This document shows, piece by piece, positions 54,252-64,000 of a stretch of DNA of 64,000 nt. Position 1 is the first letter of the stretch, and the number at the start of each line of letters is the position of its first letter. The position numbers and the translations under genes were made by a program. A model generated the notes under the pieces. The model was not told where the DNA came from, did no database searches, and saw only the letters and a program-made list of their open reading frames with translations. Origin of the DNA: an uncultured bacterium (GTDB lineage: Bacteria > Desulfobacterota_D > UBA1144 > Nemesobacterales > UBA2774). Location: assembly GCA_963705505.1 (NCBI GenBank), contig CAVPJU010000005.1, positions 10,472 through 74,471 on the forward strand. The letters run 5' to 3'.

Positions 54252-55361
54252 ATGAAAGCGAAAGAGATGTCTTTACAGTGTCCGGCTACGCTGCAGCGCG
54301 GAATCGCTTCGCGGCTTTCGTTCCTGGACCGCTACCTGACTCTATGGATTTTTCTTGCAATGGGTCTGGGTGTGGCTGCAGGACACTTCATCCCCGGAAC
54401 GGAATCGTTTGTAAACCGTTTCCAATACGGCTCGACCAATATACCGATTGCGATAGGTCTGATATTGATGATGTACCCGCCGCTGGCCAAGGTACGTTAC
54501 GAGGAGATGGGTGATGTGTTCCGGAATCTGAAAGTGCTCGGTCTGTCTCTGATTCAGAACTGGATTATCGGTCCGGTCCTGATGTTCTTTCTCGCAATAC
54601 TGTTCCTCCGGGACTACCCTGAATACATGGCAGGCCTGATTCTGATCGGCCTTGCCCGATGTATAGCGATGGTTATCGTATGGAACGAACTTGCAAAGGG
54701 AGACACGGAGTATTGCGCCGGGCTAGTTGCTTTCAACAGCATTTTCCAGGTGCTTTTATATAGTGTCTACGCCTGGCTGTTCATCACAATCCTGCCGCCT
54801 CTTTTCGGTCTAAAGGGCAGCGTGGTAGAGATTTCAATCGGCCAAATAGCGAAAAGCGTCTTTATCTACCTGGGTATTCCGTTTATCGCGGGAGCGCTGA
54901 CGCGCCTCGTGTTGGTAAAAGCACGGGGCAAGGAATGGTACCATTCCAGATTCATCCCCAGGATCAGCCCTATTACGCTTATCGCCCTGCTTTTCACGAT
55001 TGTGGTCATGTTCGGTCTCAAGGGCGGCCTTATCGTCCGGATCCCGATGGACGTGCTGCGTATCGCTGTCCCGCTCCTTATCTATTTCGTGCTTATGTTC
55101 CTTGTGAGCTTTTGGATGGGCAGGAAGGTGGGTGCAGACTACTCTAAAACCGCTACTCTTTCATTCACTGCCGCGAGCAACAACTTCGAGCTGGCAATCG
55201 CAGTAGCGATCGCGGTATTCGGCATCGGCTCCGGCGCCGCTTTCGCAGCCGTCATAGGCCCCCTCGTTGAAGTCCCAGTATTGATAGGTCTCGTCAATGT
55301 AGCATTGTATTTTCAAGGCAGATACTTCGGGAGCCGGGAAGCACCACAAGTGAACGGCTGA
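54252..55361 (+). CDS. acr3: Arsenite efflux transporter Acr3
   Basis: [43 protein letters not shown]. Confidence 0.95.
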   Translation: MKAKEMSLQCPATLQRGIASRLSFLDRYLTLWIFLAMGLGVAAGHFIPGTESFVNRFQYGSTNIPIAIGLILMMYPPLAKVRYEEMGDVFRNLKVLGLSLIQNWIIGPVLMFFLAILFLRDYPEYMAGLILIGLARCIAMVIVWNELAKGDTEYCAGLVAFNSIFQVLLYSVYAWLFITILPPLFGLKGSVVEISIGQIAKSVFIYLGIPFIAGALTRLVLVKARGKEWYHSRFIPRISPITLIALLFTIVVMFGLKGGLIVRIPMDVLRIAVPLLIYFVLMFLVSFWMGRKVGADYSKTATLSFTAASNNFELAIAVAIAVFGIGSGAAFAAVIGPLVEVPVLIGLVNVALYFQGRYFGSREAPQVNG

Positions 55362-55661
55362 ACAGCCCCTTCGGGAGGGTGACACCCCCATCCGCACTAT
55401 TTTGACTCAGGCAACGTTGGGCTGAAAGTTTAAGGCGCTTCATTGGCTATGCCGCTTCGTAAAGACTAAAGACAAGTTAAACCCCTATTCTTCCTTTTCT
55501 TGATAAAAAGAAGCAAAAATCACACACGTAGTGTGACGACTGCACAGAATTTATGAATCCGACTCGGAATTCGGAATGAAGAATTCCATTCATTGCCGGC
55601 GGGATTGATGATAATATTAGGAACAATCGGTATCCGATATTCCATTTTCGAGAGGTGTAAT

Positions 55662-56231
55662 ATGGCAAGAACCGTATTCGCTTTGCTGGCAGTGATGATA
55701 TTGGCAGTATTCTCGTCCGCTTCCTTCGCTCAGCAGGGGAGCGCTAACCAGAACGCGTACAGCTTCCTGTTCGTCCAGACGGCGACATCCATGTCGTATA
55801 AGGACGGCAAGCTAACGCTCAAGAAGATATCGCCTTCGATGATATTCTTCACCGACAGGCCTGAGCGGATGGCCGGGCATTTCCCGACGACTCACTTCCT
55901 CAAGATGTGGGACGAGGGGAAGGACAACTTCAAAAACGACCCGCCTAACGCCAACCTTTCCATAATCGGAGAGAAGGGAAAGTCGGACGTTGACGTAGTG
56001 GTTGAGCTTTCGAACCCGGCTCTCAGCGAGAAGGGGGACCTCACTTACGACGTGCGCATACTCGACGGCGATATGCCGGCCGAAGGGGGGATAACATCTC
56101 TCTTCATAGACTGGTGGGTCGCGCCCGACGGGGCAGTATGCCACTATAACTGGTACACGGGTTACAGGACATGCCGCTTCCCGGGGCCCTATTACTGGGG
56201 ACCTTACGCCAGGCCATACTGGCGGTATTGA
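55662..56231 (+). CDS. Secreted hypothetical protein
   Basis: Signal peptide, LFVQ.A, FTDRPER, F..DPPNA. Confidence 0.75.
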   Translation: MARTVFALLAVMILAVFSSASFAQQGSANQNAYSFLFVQTATSMSYKDGKLTLKKISPSMIFFTDRPERMAGHFPTTHFLKMWDEGKDNFKNDPPNANLSIIGEKGKSDVDVVVELSNPALSEKGDLTYDVRILDGDMPAEGGITSLFIDWWVAPDGAVCHYNWYTGYRTCRFPGPYYWGPYARPYWRY

Positions 56232-56334
56232 GAAGGAACCTCACAGGGGGAGTTGTCTCGTGATAGTTTGAGCTGACGGGGCGGCATAATGCCGGGCGGG
56301 GGAGTTGCGTTATTCGAAGAATATATATTAGGTT

Positions 56335-56715
56335 CTTCGACAGGCTCCGTGGCATCTTTGCTGTAACGTAAAAGACGAAGGAAAGGCAAAGATAATTTCT
56401 TCTTTTCCTTGATGAAAAGAAGCAAAAATCACACACATAGTGTGGTCTTTCGAAAAGACTGCACAGAATGTAGCTATAGTACGTCCTTCGACAAGCTCAG
56501 GACGAACGGGTTTGGTTGCGTTGGTTGACGGAGCAGAGGAGGGATATTAGCAATCGTATGCCTGCGGGCGCTCGCCCGCCGCAAATTCTGTGAATGTCGG
56601 GGAGAGAAATGAAAGAGAAAATCCTCCCTGACCCTCCTTTTTCTAAGGAGGGAATGAAAGACAAAAGATGGGATTCTGAAACAGGCCTGTCCTGTACTTG
56701 ATTCAGGGTTCAGAA
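56335..56715 (+). repeat. Mosaic repeat block, truncated core
   Basis: Left modules, GCGGGCGCTCGCCCGC + terminal motif. Confidence 0.85.
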
Positions 56716-56731
56716 AGAGGAATTGCGATAC

Positions 56732-57622
56732 TTACTTTTTAGATTTGGATTTCTTTTTGAGGAAGAGGGTGAGGTTATCGTCGACGAATTCGTCGAAAGT
56801 GCGGGGCTGTTTCTGGGTTATTTGATAGAAGGTGTCGGTGACGACGTCGCAGAGGCCCTCGCTCACGAGCTTGTAAAGCTCGGACACGGCTTCGGACATC
56901 GGCTCCGGAATGCCCGATTCTATCATCTCTTTCTTGAATTCTTTGGGCTTGACGTCTACGTACTCGATCTTTTTGCCGACGGTGTGAGAGAAGATTTCAG
57001 CGATATCCTTGCAGCTTAGCGATTCGGGGCCGGTTACTGTGAGGACGCTATTCTGGTGTCCGTTCTCGGTCAGCATCTTCGCGATGAGCCTGCCGATGTC
57101 CCTCACATCGACCCATCCGCATTTGGCGTCTCCGAACGGGAGGCTGAACTCCTTTTTTTCCCTTATCTGACGGGCGTAGAGGTTCGTGAAATTCTGCATG
57201 AAAATATTGGGGCGGACTATCGAGTACCTGATGCCCGACTGCGCGAGGTATTTTTCGGCCTCGCCGTGCCATGCGAGGAGGCGCGAGGGGGAGTCGGGGT
57301 CGGCGCCTATGGCGGAGTACTTGACGAGGTATTTGACGCCGGCTTCCTTGGCCGCGTCTATGAAATTCCTTTCGAGCTTGAACTGGTTTTCCGTATTGGG
57401 CGGGAGGAGGAACGCATGCTCTATTCCCTCCATCGCTCGCTTCAGGGAATCGGGTTTGCCGAAATCGCCCTTGATGAGATCGATTTTAGAGGACTTGAGG
57501 CCGGACACCTTTTCAGGGTCCCGTACCAATGCGCTAAATCTGTAACCCCATTTTGTCAGACGCCTGGCAACTCTACGTCCGGTTGTGCCCGTAGCGCCAG
57601 TCAGAAGTATCATATTTTGCAC
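56732..57622 (-). CDS. NmrA-like atypical SDR oxidoreductase
   Basis: TGATGTTG, H..AE..L..SG, RPN.FMQN, VDVRDIG, TGPE.LS. Confidence 0.9.
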   Translation of the reverse strand: MQNMILLTGATGTTGRRVARRLTKWGYRFSALVRDPEKVSGLKSSKIDLIKGDFGKPDSLKRAMEGIEHAFLLPPNTENQFKLERNFIDAAKEAGVKYLVKYSAIGADPDSPSRLLAWHGEAEKYLAQSGIRYSIVRPNIFMQNFTNLYARQIREKKEFSLPFGDAKCGWVDVRDIGRLIAKMLTENGHQNSVLTVTGPESLSCKDIAEIFSHTVGKKIEYVDVKPKEFKKEMIESGIPEPMSEAVSELYKLVSEGLCDVVTDTFYQITQKQPRTFDEFVDDNLTLFLKKKSKSKK

Positions 57623-57823
57623 CCCAGGGAATTCTTGGCTGTGGCAATAGTCTATCAGAACATTACCTGTTTTGGAAATGGGGGAGGAAAAATGAGGGGA
57701 GGGGGATGGAATTCAGCGCTTCACCGCTCGAAGTGTTGTAAGATACACCCCATCCCCCCCTTTCTGGCGTTAGAGGAGGATGGAATGGATCATTTAAGGA
57801 TTTCCAAGTGTGAGGAATACGTA

Positions 57824-58207
57824 TTATTCGGTAACCGTGTCGGCTTTACTCGTCTCGACCGCTGAAACGCAGGTTTCGGATGAGGTCCTTACCTCTCCAG
57901 CGTCGAGCCTGCCGTTATCGTTCAGGTCGAAGCCGATTTCCACCTTCGATCCCTGAGCGCCGTTCTCACATGACGCTGCGGATGCAAAATTGGCGAGTGG
58001 GACGAGCTTCCCGTTATTTTTTACATCCCCGCTGCTGATTCTGATCTCGGACTCTTCTTCGAAGCATTTCCCCGCCGCATCACTCAACACGACATACCTG
58101 TTTTCTTTACTCAAACAGAGCACGACCTCGTCCGCGACGGAATAATTCGTTAAGCCGAATACGGGAATACCGGAAACAACAAGCATAAACGTTATTAGAG
58201 TTTTCAT
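57824..58207 (-). CDS. Secreted protein sharing the Asp-rich repeat domain of the upstream collagen-like protein
   Basis: DEVVLC start and C.NG..G.K.EIG.D.NDNG.L...EV motif. Confidence 0.7.
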   Translation of the reverse strand: MKTLITFMLVVSGIPVFGLTNYSVADEVVLCLSKENRYVVLSDAAGKCFEEESEIRISSGDVKNNGKLVPLANFASAASCENGAQGSKVEIGFDLNDNGRLDAGEVRTSSETCVSAVETSKADTVTE

Positions 58208-58262
58208 TTTTATCTCCTGATTTTTTTCGCTCCTGTCCTTATTATGAAACAAACGTGAGCTC

Positions 58263-59598
58263 CTAATTCACACTCGCACAGAGAGCGCTCCTCGTGATGG
58301 AAATAGTCCTCGAAGTGCCGGAATTATTCATCCAGGTGCACGTCCATACGTTATCGGCAGAGGCTCTGTCTCCGACGTAGAATATGTTTCCAAAGAGCGT
58401 GCCGTACGTGCAGCCTCCGCCGAGGACTTTTTTAGTGCCGGTGCAGGTCGTTGTTACGGACACTGTGGAATTGCCCGCGACGACAAGACTTTCAGCGGCG
58501 CCTAAACGCTCCCAGCTAGCCACGCCTGCCGATCCCTGAGGCCCTGTGGGCCCTGTTGCACCGGTTGGTCCAGCGGGCCCTGCCGGTCCGATGGCCCCGG
58601 CCGGTCCTGTTGGCCCGGTATTTCCTGTGGCTCCGGTCGGCCCGGCCGGTCCTGCCGGACCTGTCAGTCCGGTATTACCCTGAGGGCCTTGCGGGCCTGC
58701 CGGTCCCTGCGGGCCTGTGTTGCCCTGGATTCCCTGAGTACCCTGCTCGCCGTTACACGCGTAGTATGTGTTGTCCACTTCCGCGGGGCTGAGAGAGCCG
58801 TTATCGTCATCGTCGAGACCGATTTCAATTTTACTTCCGCCGTCGGGGCAGTTCGTTCCCGAAGGCTCGGCGTGATGTACTCAAGAGGCTCATTAATCCG
58901 TCAACGCCGGGGTCGCCCTGGGGACCCTGATCTCCTTGCGGTCCCTGTGGGCCGGCATCCCCCTGTAAACCCTGCGGACCCGTATCACCCCGGATTCCCT
59001 GAGGTCCTACATCGCCCTGAGGTCCGGCTGGTCCCTGAGGGCCTGTGTTGCCCTGGATTCCCTGAGTACCCTGCTCGCCGTTACATGCGTAGTATGTGTT
59101 GTCCACTTCCGCGGGGCTGAGAGAGCCGTTACCGTCATCGTCGAGTCCGGTTTCTATTTTGGTCCCGCCGTCGGGGCAGTTCGCTCCCGAAGGCTCGGGA
59201 GATGTACTCAAGAGGCTGATGAATCCGTCAGCACCGGGGTCGCCCAGGGCACCCTGAGCTCCTTGCGGTCCCTGTGGGCCGGTATCACCATGTAAACCCT
59301 GCGGACCCTGCGGGCCTGTTTTGCCCTGAATACCCTGAGGACCTTGCGGCCCAGCGGGGCCTTGAGAACCTGCGGGACCCTGGGGCCCTGCCGGGCCTTG
59401 CTTGCCCGCATTTAATGAAATTAACAATTCTGTTTCGTTACTCAGACAGCTTCCATGACTGCCGCCTCTCCAGGAAACCCGCTTACCGGTATTACTAACA
59501 CAGAAAACCACCTCATCGCTTCGGGCTTCGATGCTCCAAACGGCGGGCAGTACGAATAAAAAAATTAAAAGCGGTACAAATAACCTCGACATTATCAT
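58263..59598 (-). CDS. Collagen-like surface protein with duplicated Cys/Asp-rich domains; one +1 frameshift at ~58872
   Basis: Gly-X-Y tracts; [30 protein letters not shown] occurs twice; comparing the two copies shows one extra base in the second. Confidence 0.85.
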
Positions 59599-60082
59599 CC
59601 TCCTTCTTTTTTAAGCTTTATTAAATTTTAATTTGCCTTTTCACCCTTTTTTAATCAGTTTATTATGAATTTTCCTCCCAATCATAAGATTGTGCTTATA
59701 CATTCTCACAAACCGGTCATCGGCCGTGACGAATACCAAAACTCCCCGTTTCCATTGTTGAATTTCAGGCCGGAGGGCCTGATTCTGTATAGCAAGTAAA
59801 GATTGTTAAATAAATAGTGCCGGTTTATTTCGCTGTCAAGCACTTTTTGTGAAAATATAGAAAAATCCTGATGGGATATGATTAATACTTATAATATTAT
59901 CTTACTATTAGTTAATGCGTTAATTATTTCAACTGTGCAGACTTTTGCGCATACATTGCCCTGAGAACCGATGGTATTCCTGTGTTGTCAAACCGACTTC
60001 GGAACCCCGGCAAGGGGTCGGGCTTTCAAAAACACAAATGAGCGGAGGAAGTCTCTCCAACAGAGGGGAGGAGAAGACATAG

Positions 60083-61720
60083 TCACTCGGGCAGGCCGGT
60101 TGAAGGGTCGAGGATGAGCTTGTCATCCCTCCGTTTCGAGAAGTCGAACAAGTCGAGGATTGTGTTCGCGTGGTTGTCGAACGATATTTCGGTGAGGCGG
60201 CGGCCTTTGAGCCAGTTGTCCTCGATGAAGCGCGTGATTGAAGTCTGATCCGCGAGCGAGCTCGAGACGTAGTTCTCCCTCGCATAAGGGGAGACGGCAA
60301 CGAATGGGAGCCTGGGGCCGTAGCCGCAGCGCCCGCCGGGGCCGTCCGATTCGTCACCGCAGTGGACGTCAAACTCGGTAGCGGAATGGTTAATTATAGG
60401 GGGCATGACATGGTCGTACCAGCCGTCGGAATCGTCCCACGCAATGAATATGGCCATGTCCTTCCACTCCGGGAGCTGCATCAATCGGTTCACGGTTTCG
60501 ACGATGAAAGTGTCCGCGTCGAGACGGTCGGAGTATCCCGGATGCCCGTTCTGGTATGCCGGGGGCTTGATGAAGATGACGGACGGGAGGTTGCCGGCAT
60601 CCGCCGCTTCCCATAAGTCGGAGATGTCGTAGAGGTGGTTAGCCCGGTCGGTCTGCCCGATCATATCCACGGACGAAGGCGGGAGATGAGAAGGGTTAGC
60701 CGTCGAGCGGAAGTACTGGAATGGATTGTGATGGGGGACGTAGTCGGGGATCTTGTCGGGGTCTTGCGCGGGGTCTATACCGTTCGCGATGTCGTAGGAC
60801 ACTAGAGGGTGGCTCGACGTGCATTTGCCTTCGGAATCGAGGGTGAACCCCCCTTGGAACCATCCCCACGTTATGCCGCCGTCGTTCAGGAGGTCGCCTA
60901 TGGTGGGTCTGTCCTCGAATGCCGCTGTTGCTTCCGGAACGTCATCCGAGCAGACATCCCAGAAAGGGTCGACGTCCACGTTGAATGTCGCTACCTTGCC
61001 GTTCGTGGGCGCGGGAATGTCGGTCGAATCCGCCGTGCCGCCGCAGAGCGGGATTTCCGGGCCTATCACGGCAAAGTGGTCCGCGCATATTACTCCGAAC
61101 GTGTCTGCGGCCGTGAGGTTCAAGTGGCCGCGGGTGGATTCTCCCGATGTCGTGGCGAAGAAGTTGTCGCTGATCGCGTAATTTTGGGCATAGTTCCATA
61201 ACGCGGTAACGGTGTTGCCGTCGAAGTATCCCATGACCGTATCCCAGTGACCGGCGGCGTTCTGGCTGCAGAACTGGCGAGGGTCGGTCGGGGGCTCTGC
61301 GTCGAACTGGACGAATTTGTCCATGAGCCCGCCGTTACGCGCCATCTGCTCGCTTGTGTAATCGTGGTCCTGATCGCAGGTGAAGGAGTCGAGCCTCCCT
61401 ATGCGGAAGGGGTTCGACTCGTTGGGATTGTCCGTGAGGAGGACTCCGGTGAGATTATTCACCGAGGGCGTGCCCGGGCGGGGTTCGAAATGCGGCTCGC
61501 CTTGCGGGTTAAGCGCGTCCGGGTATGTGCCGAACAGGAGGTCGAAGGACGCGTTCTCCATATAGATGACGACGAGGTGTTTTACGGGGGTCGCAGTTGC
61601 GGGGTCGTTATTGCCGTTTGAGGAATTGCAGCCTCCGTAGAGAAATATCGCAAAGAGTATGGCGGCTGAGGAGAGTGATAAAGTTTTAAACGGACGTGAT
61701 TCGATTAATCTCCGGAACAT
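60083..61720 (-). CDS. Phosphoesterase / phospholipase C-acid phosphatase family protein
   Basis: KHLVVIYMENASFD, SDNFF, HHNPFQY, WDDSDGWYDHV, GYGPRLP. Confidence 0.9.
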   Translation of the reverse strand: MFRRLIESRPFKTLSLSSAAILFAIFLYGGCNSSNGNNDPATATPVKHLVVIYMENASFDLLFGTYPDALNPQGEPHFEPRPGTPSVNNLTGVLLTDNPNESNPFRIGRLDSFTCDQDHDYTSEQMARNGGLMDKFVQFDAEPPTDPRQFCSQNAAGHWDTVMGYFDGNTVTALWNYAQNYAISDNFFATTSGESTRGHLNLTAADTFGVICADHFAVIGPEIPLCGGTADSTDIPAPTNGKVATFNVDVDPFWDVCSDDVPEATAAFEDRPTIGDLLNDGGITWGWFQGGFTLDSEGKCTSSHPLVSYDIANGIDPAQDPDKIPDYVPHHNPFQYFRSTANPSHLPPSSVDMIGQTDRANHLYDISDLWEAADAGNLPSVIFIKPPAYQNGHPGYSDRLDADTFIVETVNRLMQLPEWKDMAIFIAWDDSDGWYDHVMPPIINHSATEFDVHCGDESDGPGGRCGYGPRLPFVAVSPYARENYVSSSLADQTSITRFIEDNWLKGRRLTEISFDNHANTILDLFDFSKRRDDKLILDPSTGLPE

Positions 61721-62309
61721 GGGGATATGTCCTCCTTTGTGGCGTAATGATTTAATGTTACATCCAAAAATATTTGGCGGGGGAGAGAGGGAAGAGAAAT
61801 TGTGACGGGGCTGTGGCGACATCCTTCAACCATTCGACAGGCTCAGAATGAGCGGGCGGGCTTCGTTTGCGGCTGGAGCATGGGGGATCCGCAGAAATCG
61901 CAGAATCATACTACGCGTGTGTGAGTGCTGATTCCGTATTAAAGCAGGTTCTAGAAATGGCGCGGGATAATTACGTTAGGTTTATTAAGTGTAATAGAAA
62001 AGGCATCAAACGATATAAGGTATATATATAATATTAACGACTAAGTGACTGACATCAATATATATAATAGTGAATATGAAATATTAAACATAGTCCTTGA
62101 ACAGTTTGCGTTTTACTTTAAGGCGAACCGCCGCGGCGGTCAGAAATCACTTTAGGTTTGTTAAAGGAAGGGGTTTGGATGGGGATATTGCACATGCATG
62201 GAACGCGGCGGGACGCGGAGATGTTACGTAAATAAAAAATCGCTTCTTCCGTAAATCTCAGCCGGTATAATGTATTAATGACCGTCTGTATGACACGAGG
62301 GAGGACGAT

Positions 62310-63348
62310 ATGAATATGGGCGAAAGAAAGACCGGATCGAGGAGTTGTCTCCGCGCCGTGGTGATGTTCCTGATATTGTGCGCGGGAGGGGCGGGGATAG
62401 GGTGTGACGGCGGGGGGACTGACGGAGGCACGGACAACGGAGGGGGGAACGGCGGAAGCGGACCGGGGATAGATATAGAGACGGGAGGGACTCTCGCTGC
62501 GGAGCCCGAGACATTTTTCTACGTCGAGGGAGGAACGGAGCGGCAGACACTCGACCTCTACAGGATACAGGGAGTATCCTCGCCGAGGCCCGCTCTCGTA
62601 TGGTTTCACGGCGGGGGATGGGTCATAAATTCGAAAGACAACATAGAAGGCATAGCATTCGAGATAGCGGAAGCCGGAGGGTTTCACCTCGTGTCCGTAA
62701 ATTACAGGCTCGCGGGCCAGGACGCTGAGGATTGGCCGGGGATAATCCGGGAGGTGAAGTCCGCGATAAGGTGGCTCAAACTGAACTCCGCTCAGCTGGG
62801 GATCGATCCCGATGCGATAATCGTCACGGGCGAGTCGGCGGGGGCGCACCTGGCCGCGATGATCGCGCTCTCGAGCGGCGTCGCCGACCTCGAAGGGAAT
62901 GTGAACCCGGGGGCTTCGAGCGATGTCGCCGCCGGCGGTTCTCTTTTACGGACCTTACGATTTCGATACGATCGTGGACGAGGCGCTCGACGTGCTCCTC
63001 ACGGGCAGCTGCGGTGTGGAGCTTAATCCGCTCCCGGCGTGGGTGCTGCTCGGATGTTCGGTGCCCGACGATATATCCGACCCGTTCAGCGGGTGCGACC
63101 AGTCGGACCTCGAGGAGGCAAGCCCCGTGACGCACGTTGACGCCGGGGACCCGCCCGTCTTCATCGCGGCGGGGACGAAGGACTGCTTCGTGCCGTGGAT
63201 GCAGGCGCTCGACCTCGAGGGCGCGCTTGACGCTGCCGGGGTGACGAACGAGGTGTCGATAACGGAGGGGGGAGTGCACGACGCCGATACGCTCGACGTG
63301 ACGCCCGCGCAGGTGATAGAGTTCCTGAGCGCGGGGGCTGCGCAGTGA
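62310..63348 (+). CDS. Alpha/beta hydrolase esterase, frameshift at ~62934
   Basis: HGGGW, GESAG in ORF 62310-63026; G..D..VP and GVH in ORF 62923-63348. Confidence 0.85.
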
Positions 63349-63808
63349 GGGATTCTTAATTCCGCTATTGCATATTGTGTTGAACGGGATTCAAAGGTGA
63401 AGATTAAAAGATGTGTGGAGCTTAATCCGCTCCCGGCGTGGGTGCTGCTCGGATGTTCGGTGCCCGACGATATATCCGACCCGTTCAGCGGGTGCGACCA
63501 GTCGGATCTCGAGGAGGCAAGCCCCGTGACGCACGTTGACGCCGGGGACCCGCCCGTCTTCATCGCGGCGGGGACGGAGGACTGCTTCGTGCCGTGGATG
63601 CAGGCGCTCGACCTCCAGCACGCGCTTGACGCTGCCGGGGTGACGAACGAGGTGTCGATAACGGAGGGGGGAGTGCACGACGCCGATACGCTCGACGTGA
63701 CGCCCGCGCAGGTGATAGAGTTCCTGGGCGCGGGGGCGCAGTGAGGGATTCTTAGTTCCGCTATTGCATATTGTGTAAACCGAGATTCAAAGGTGAAGAT
63801 TAAAAGAT
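63014..63808 (+). repeat. Tandem duplication (~399 + 396 bp) of the esterase 3' end and downstream DNA
   Basis: 63014-63412 is near-identical to 63413-63808, with scattered substitutions and a 3-bp indel. Confidence 0.92.
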
Positions 63809-63829
63809 AGGATGACTGATTTTTTTTTC

Positions 63830-64000
63830 AAGGTATCCCCTCATCCTAACCCTGTTTTGGTTTAGGTAGCATTGAAGCACAAGCTTAGACGCTTCCGTGC
63901 CTCTGTTACAGGGCGTCCGATTGTGCGCTCGCTTACGATCGTTCCACGCTGGGGAGAAGGGAAATCAAATGATAAGGCAAAGATAATTTCTTCTTTTCCT
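63830..64000 (+). repeat. Start of another mosaic repeat block
   Basis: Unit-filled palindrome 63855-63942, then AAGGCAAAGATAATTTCTTCTTTTCCT. Confidence 0.85.

Noticed and set aside
876..56715. Repeat blocks as a CRISPR array
   Set aside because: No tandem 23-50-nt repeats with unique spacers; units are dispersed and nested, variable segments recur between loci, and no cas genes are present
876..56715. Genes separated by co-oriented hairpins as an integron cassette array
   Set aside because: Genes lie on both strands and include operons and housekeeping genes; no RYYYAAC/GTTRRRY core boxes at the hairpin ends and no integrase in the window
59993..60030. Hairpin CCGAC..CCCCGGCAAGGGGTCGG as a riboswitch or IS end
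   Set aside because: Single copy with no recognisable consensus; could be an ordinary 3' stem-loop
1..64000. tRNA, rRNA, prophage or autonomous IS
   Set aside because: No recognisable sequence or transposase, integrase or RT motifs in the ORF track

Overview
A bacterial chromosomal window holding about 50 mostly unrelated single genes and short operons: transporters, secreted and lipoproteins, two IPTL-CTERM proteins, rimK, corA, ppa, chrA, an ars operon and a type III PKS cluster. The host may be Dadabacteria/Desulfobacterota-like; this is inference only. The most unusual feature is non-coding. Almost every intergenic gap, roughly a fifth of the window by my rough tally, is filled by a modular mosaic of palindromic repeats. 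The top-level modules all lie on the + strand in a conserved order, whatever the orientation of the flanking genes. Inside the mosaic is a ~90-nt unit (TTTTG/AATTAG, then ~55 variable nt, then GCGTCC and a hairpin with a CTTGCTC-type loop). This unit sits inside two different host hairpins and inside its own loop, nested up to three deep, and empty and filled versions of the sites coexist in the window. One repeat copy encloses an AbiEii toxin gene fragment and another abuts a beheaded phosphatase gene. No cognate transposase, integrase, reverse transcriptase or cas gene is recognisable here. Several single-base frameshifts may be sequencing errors.
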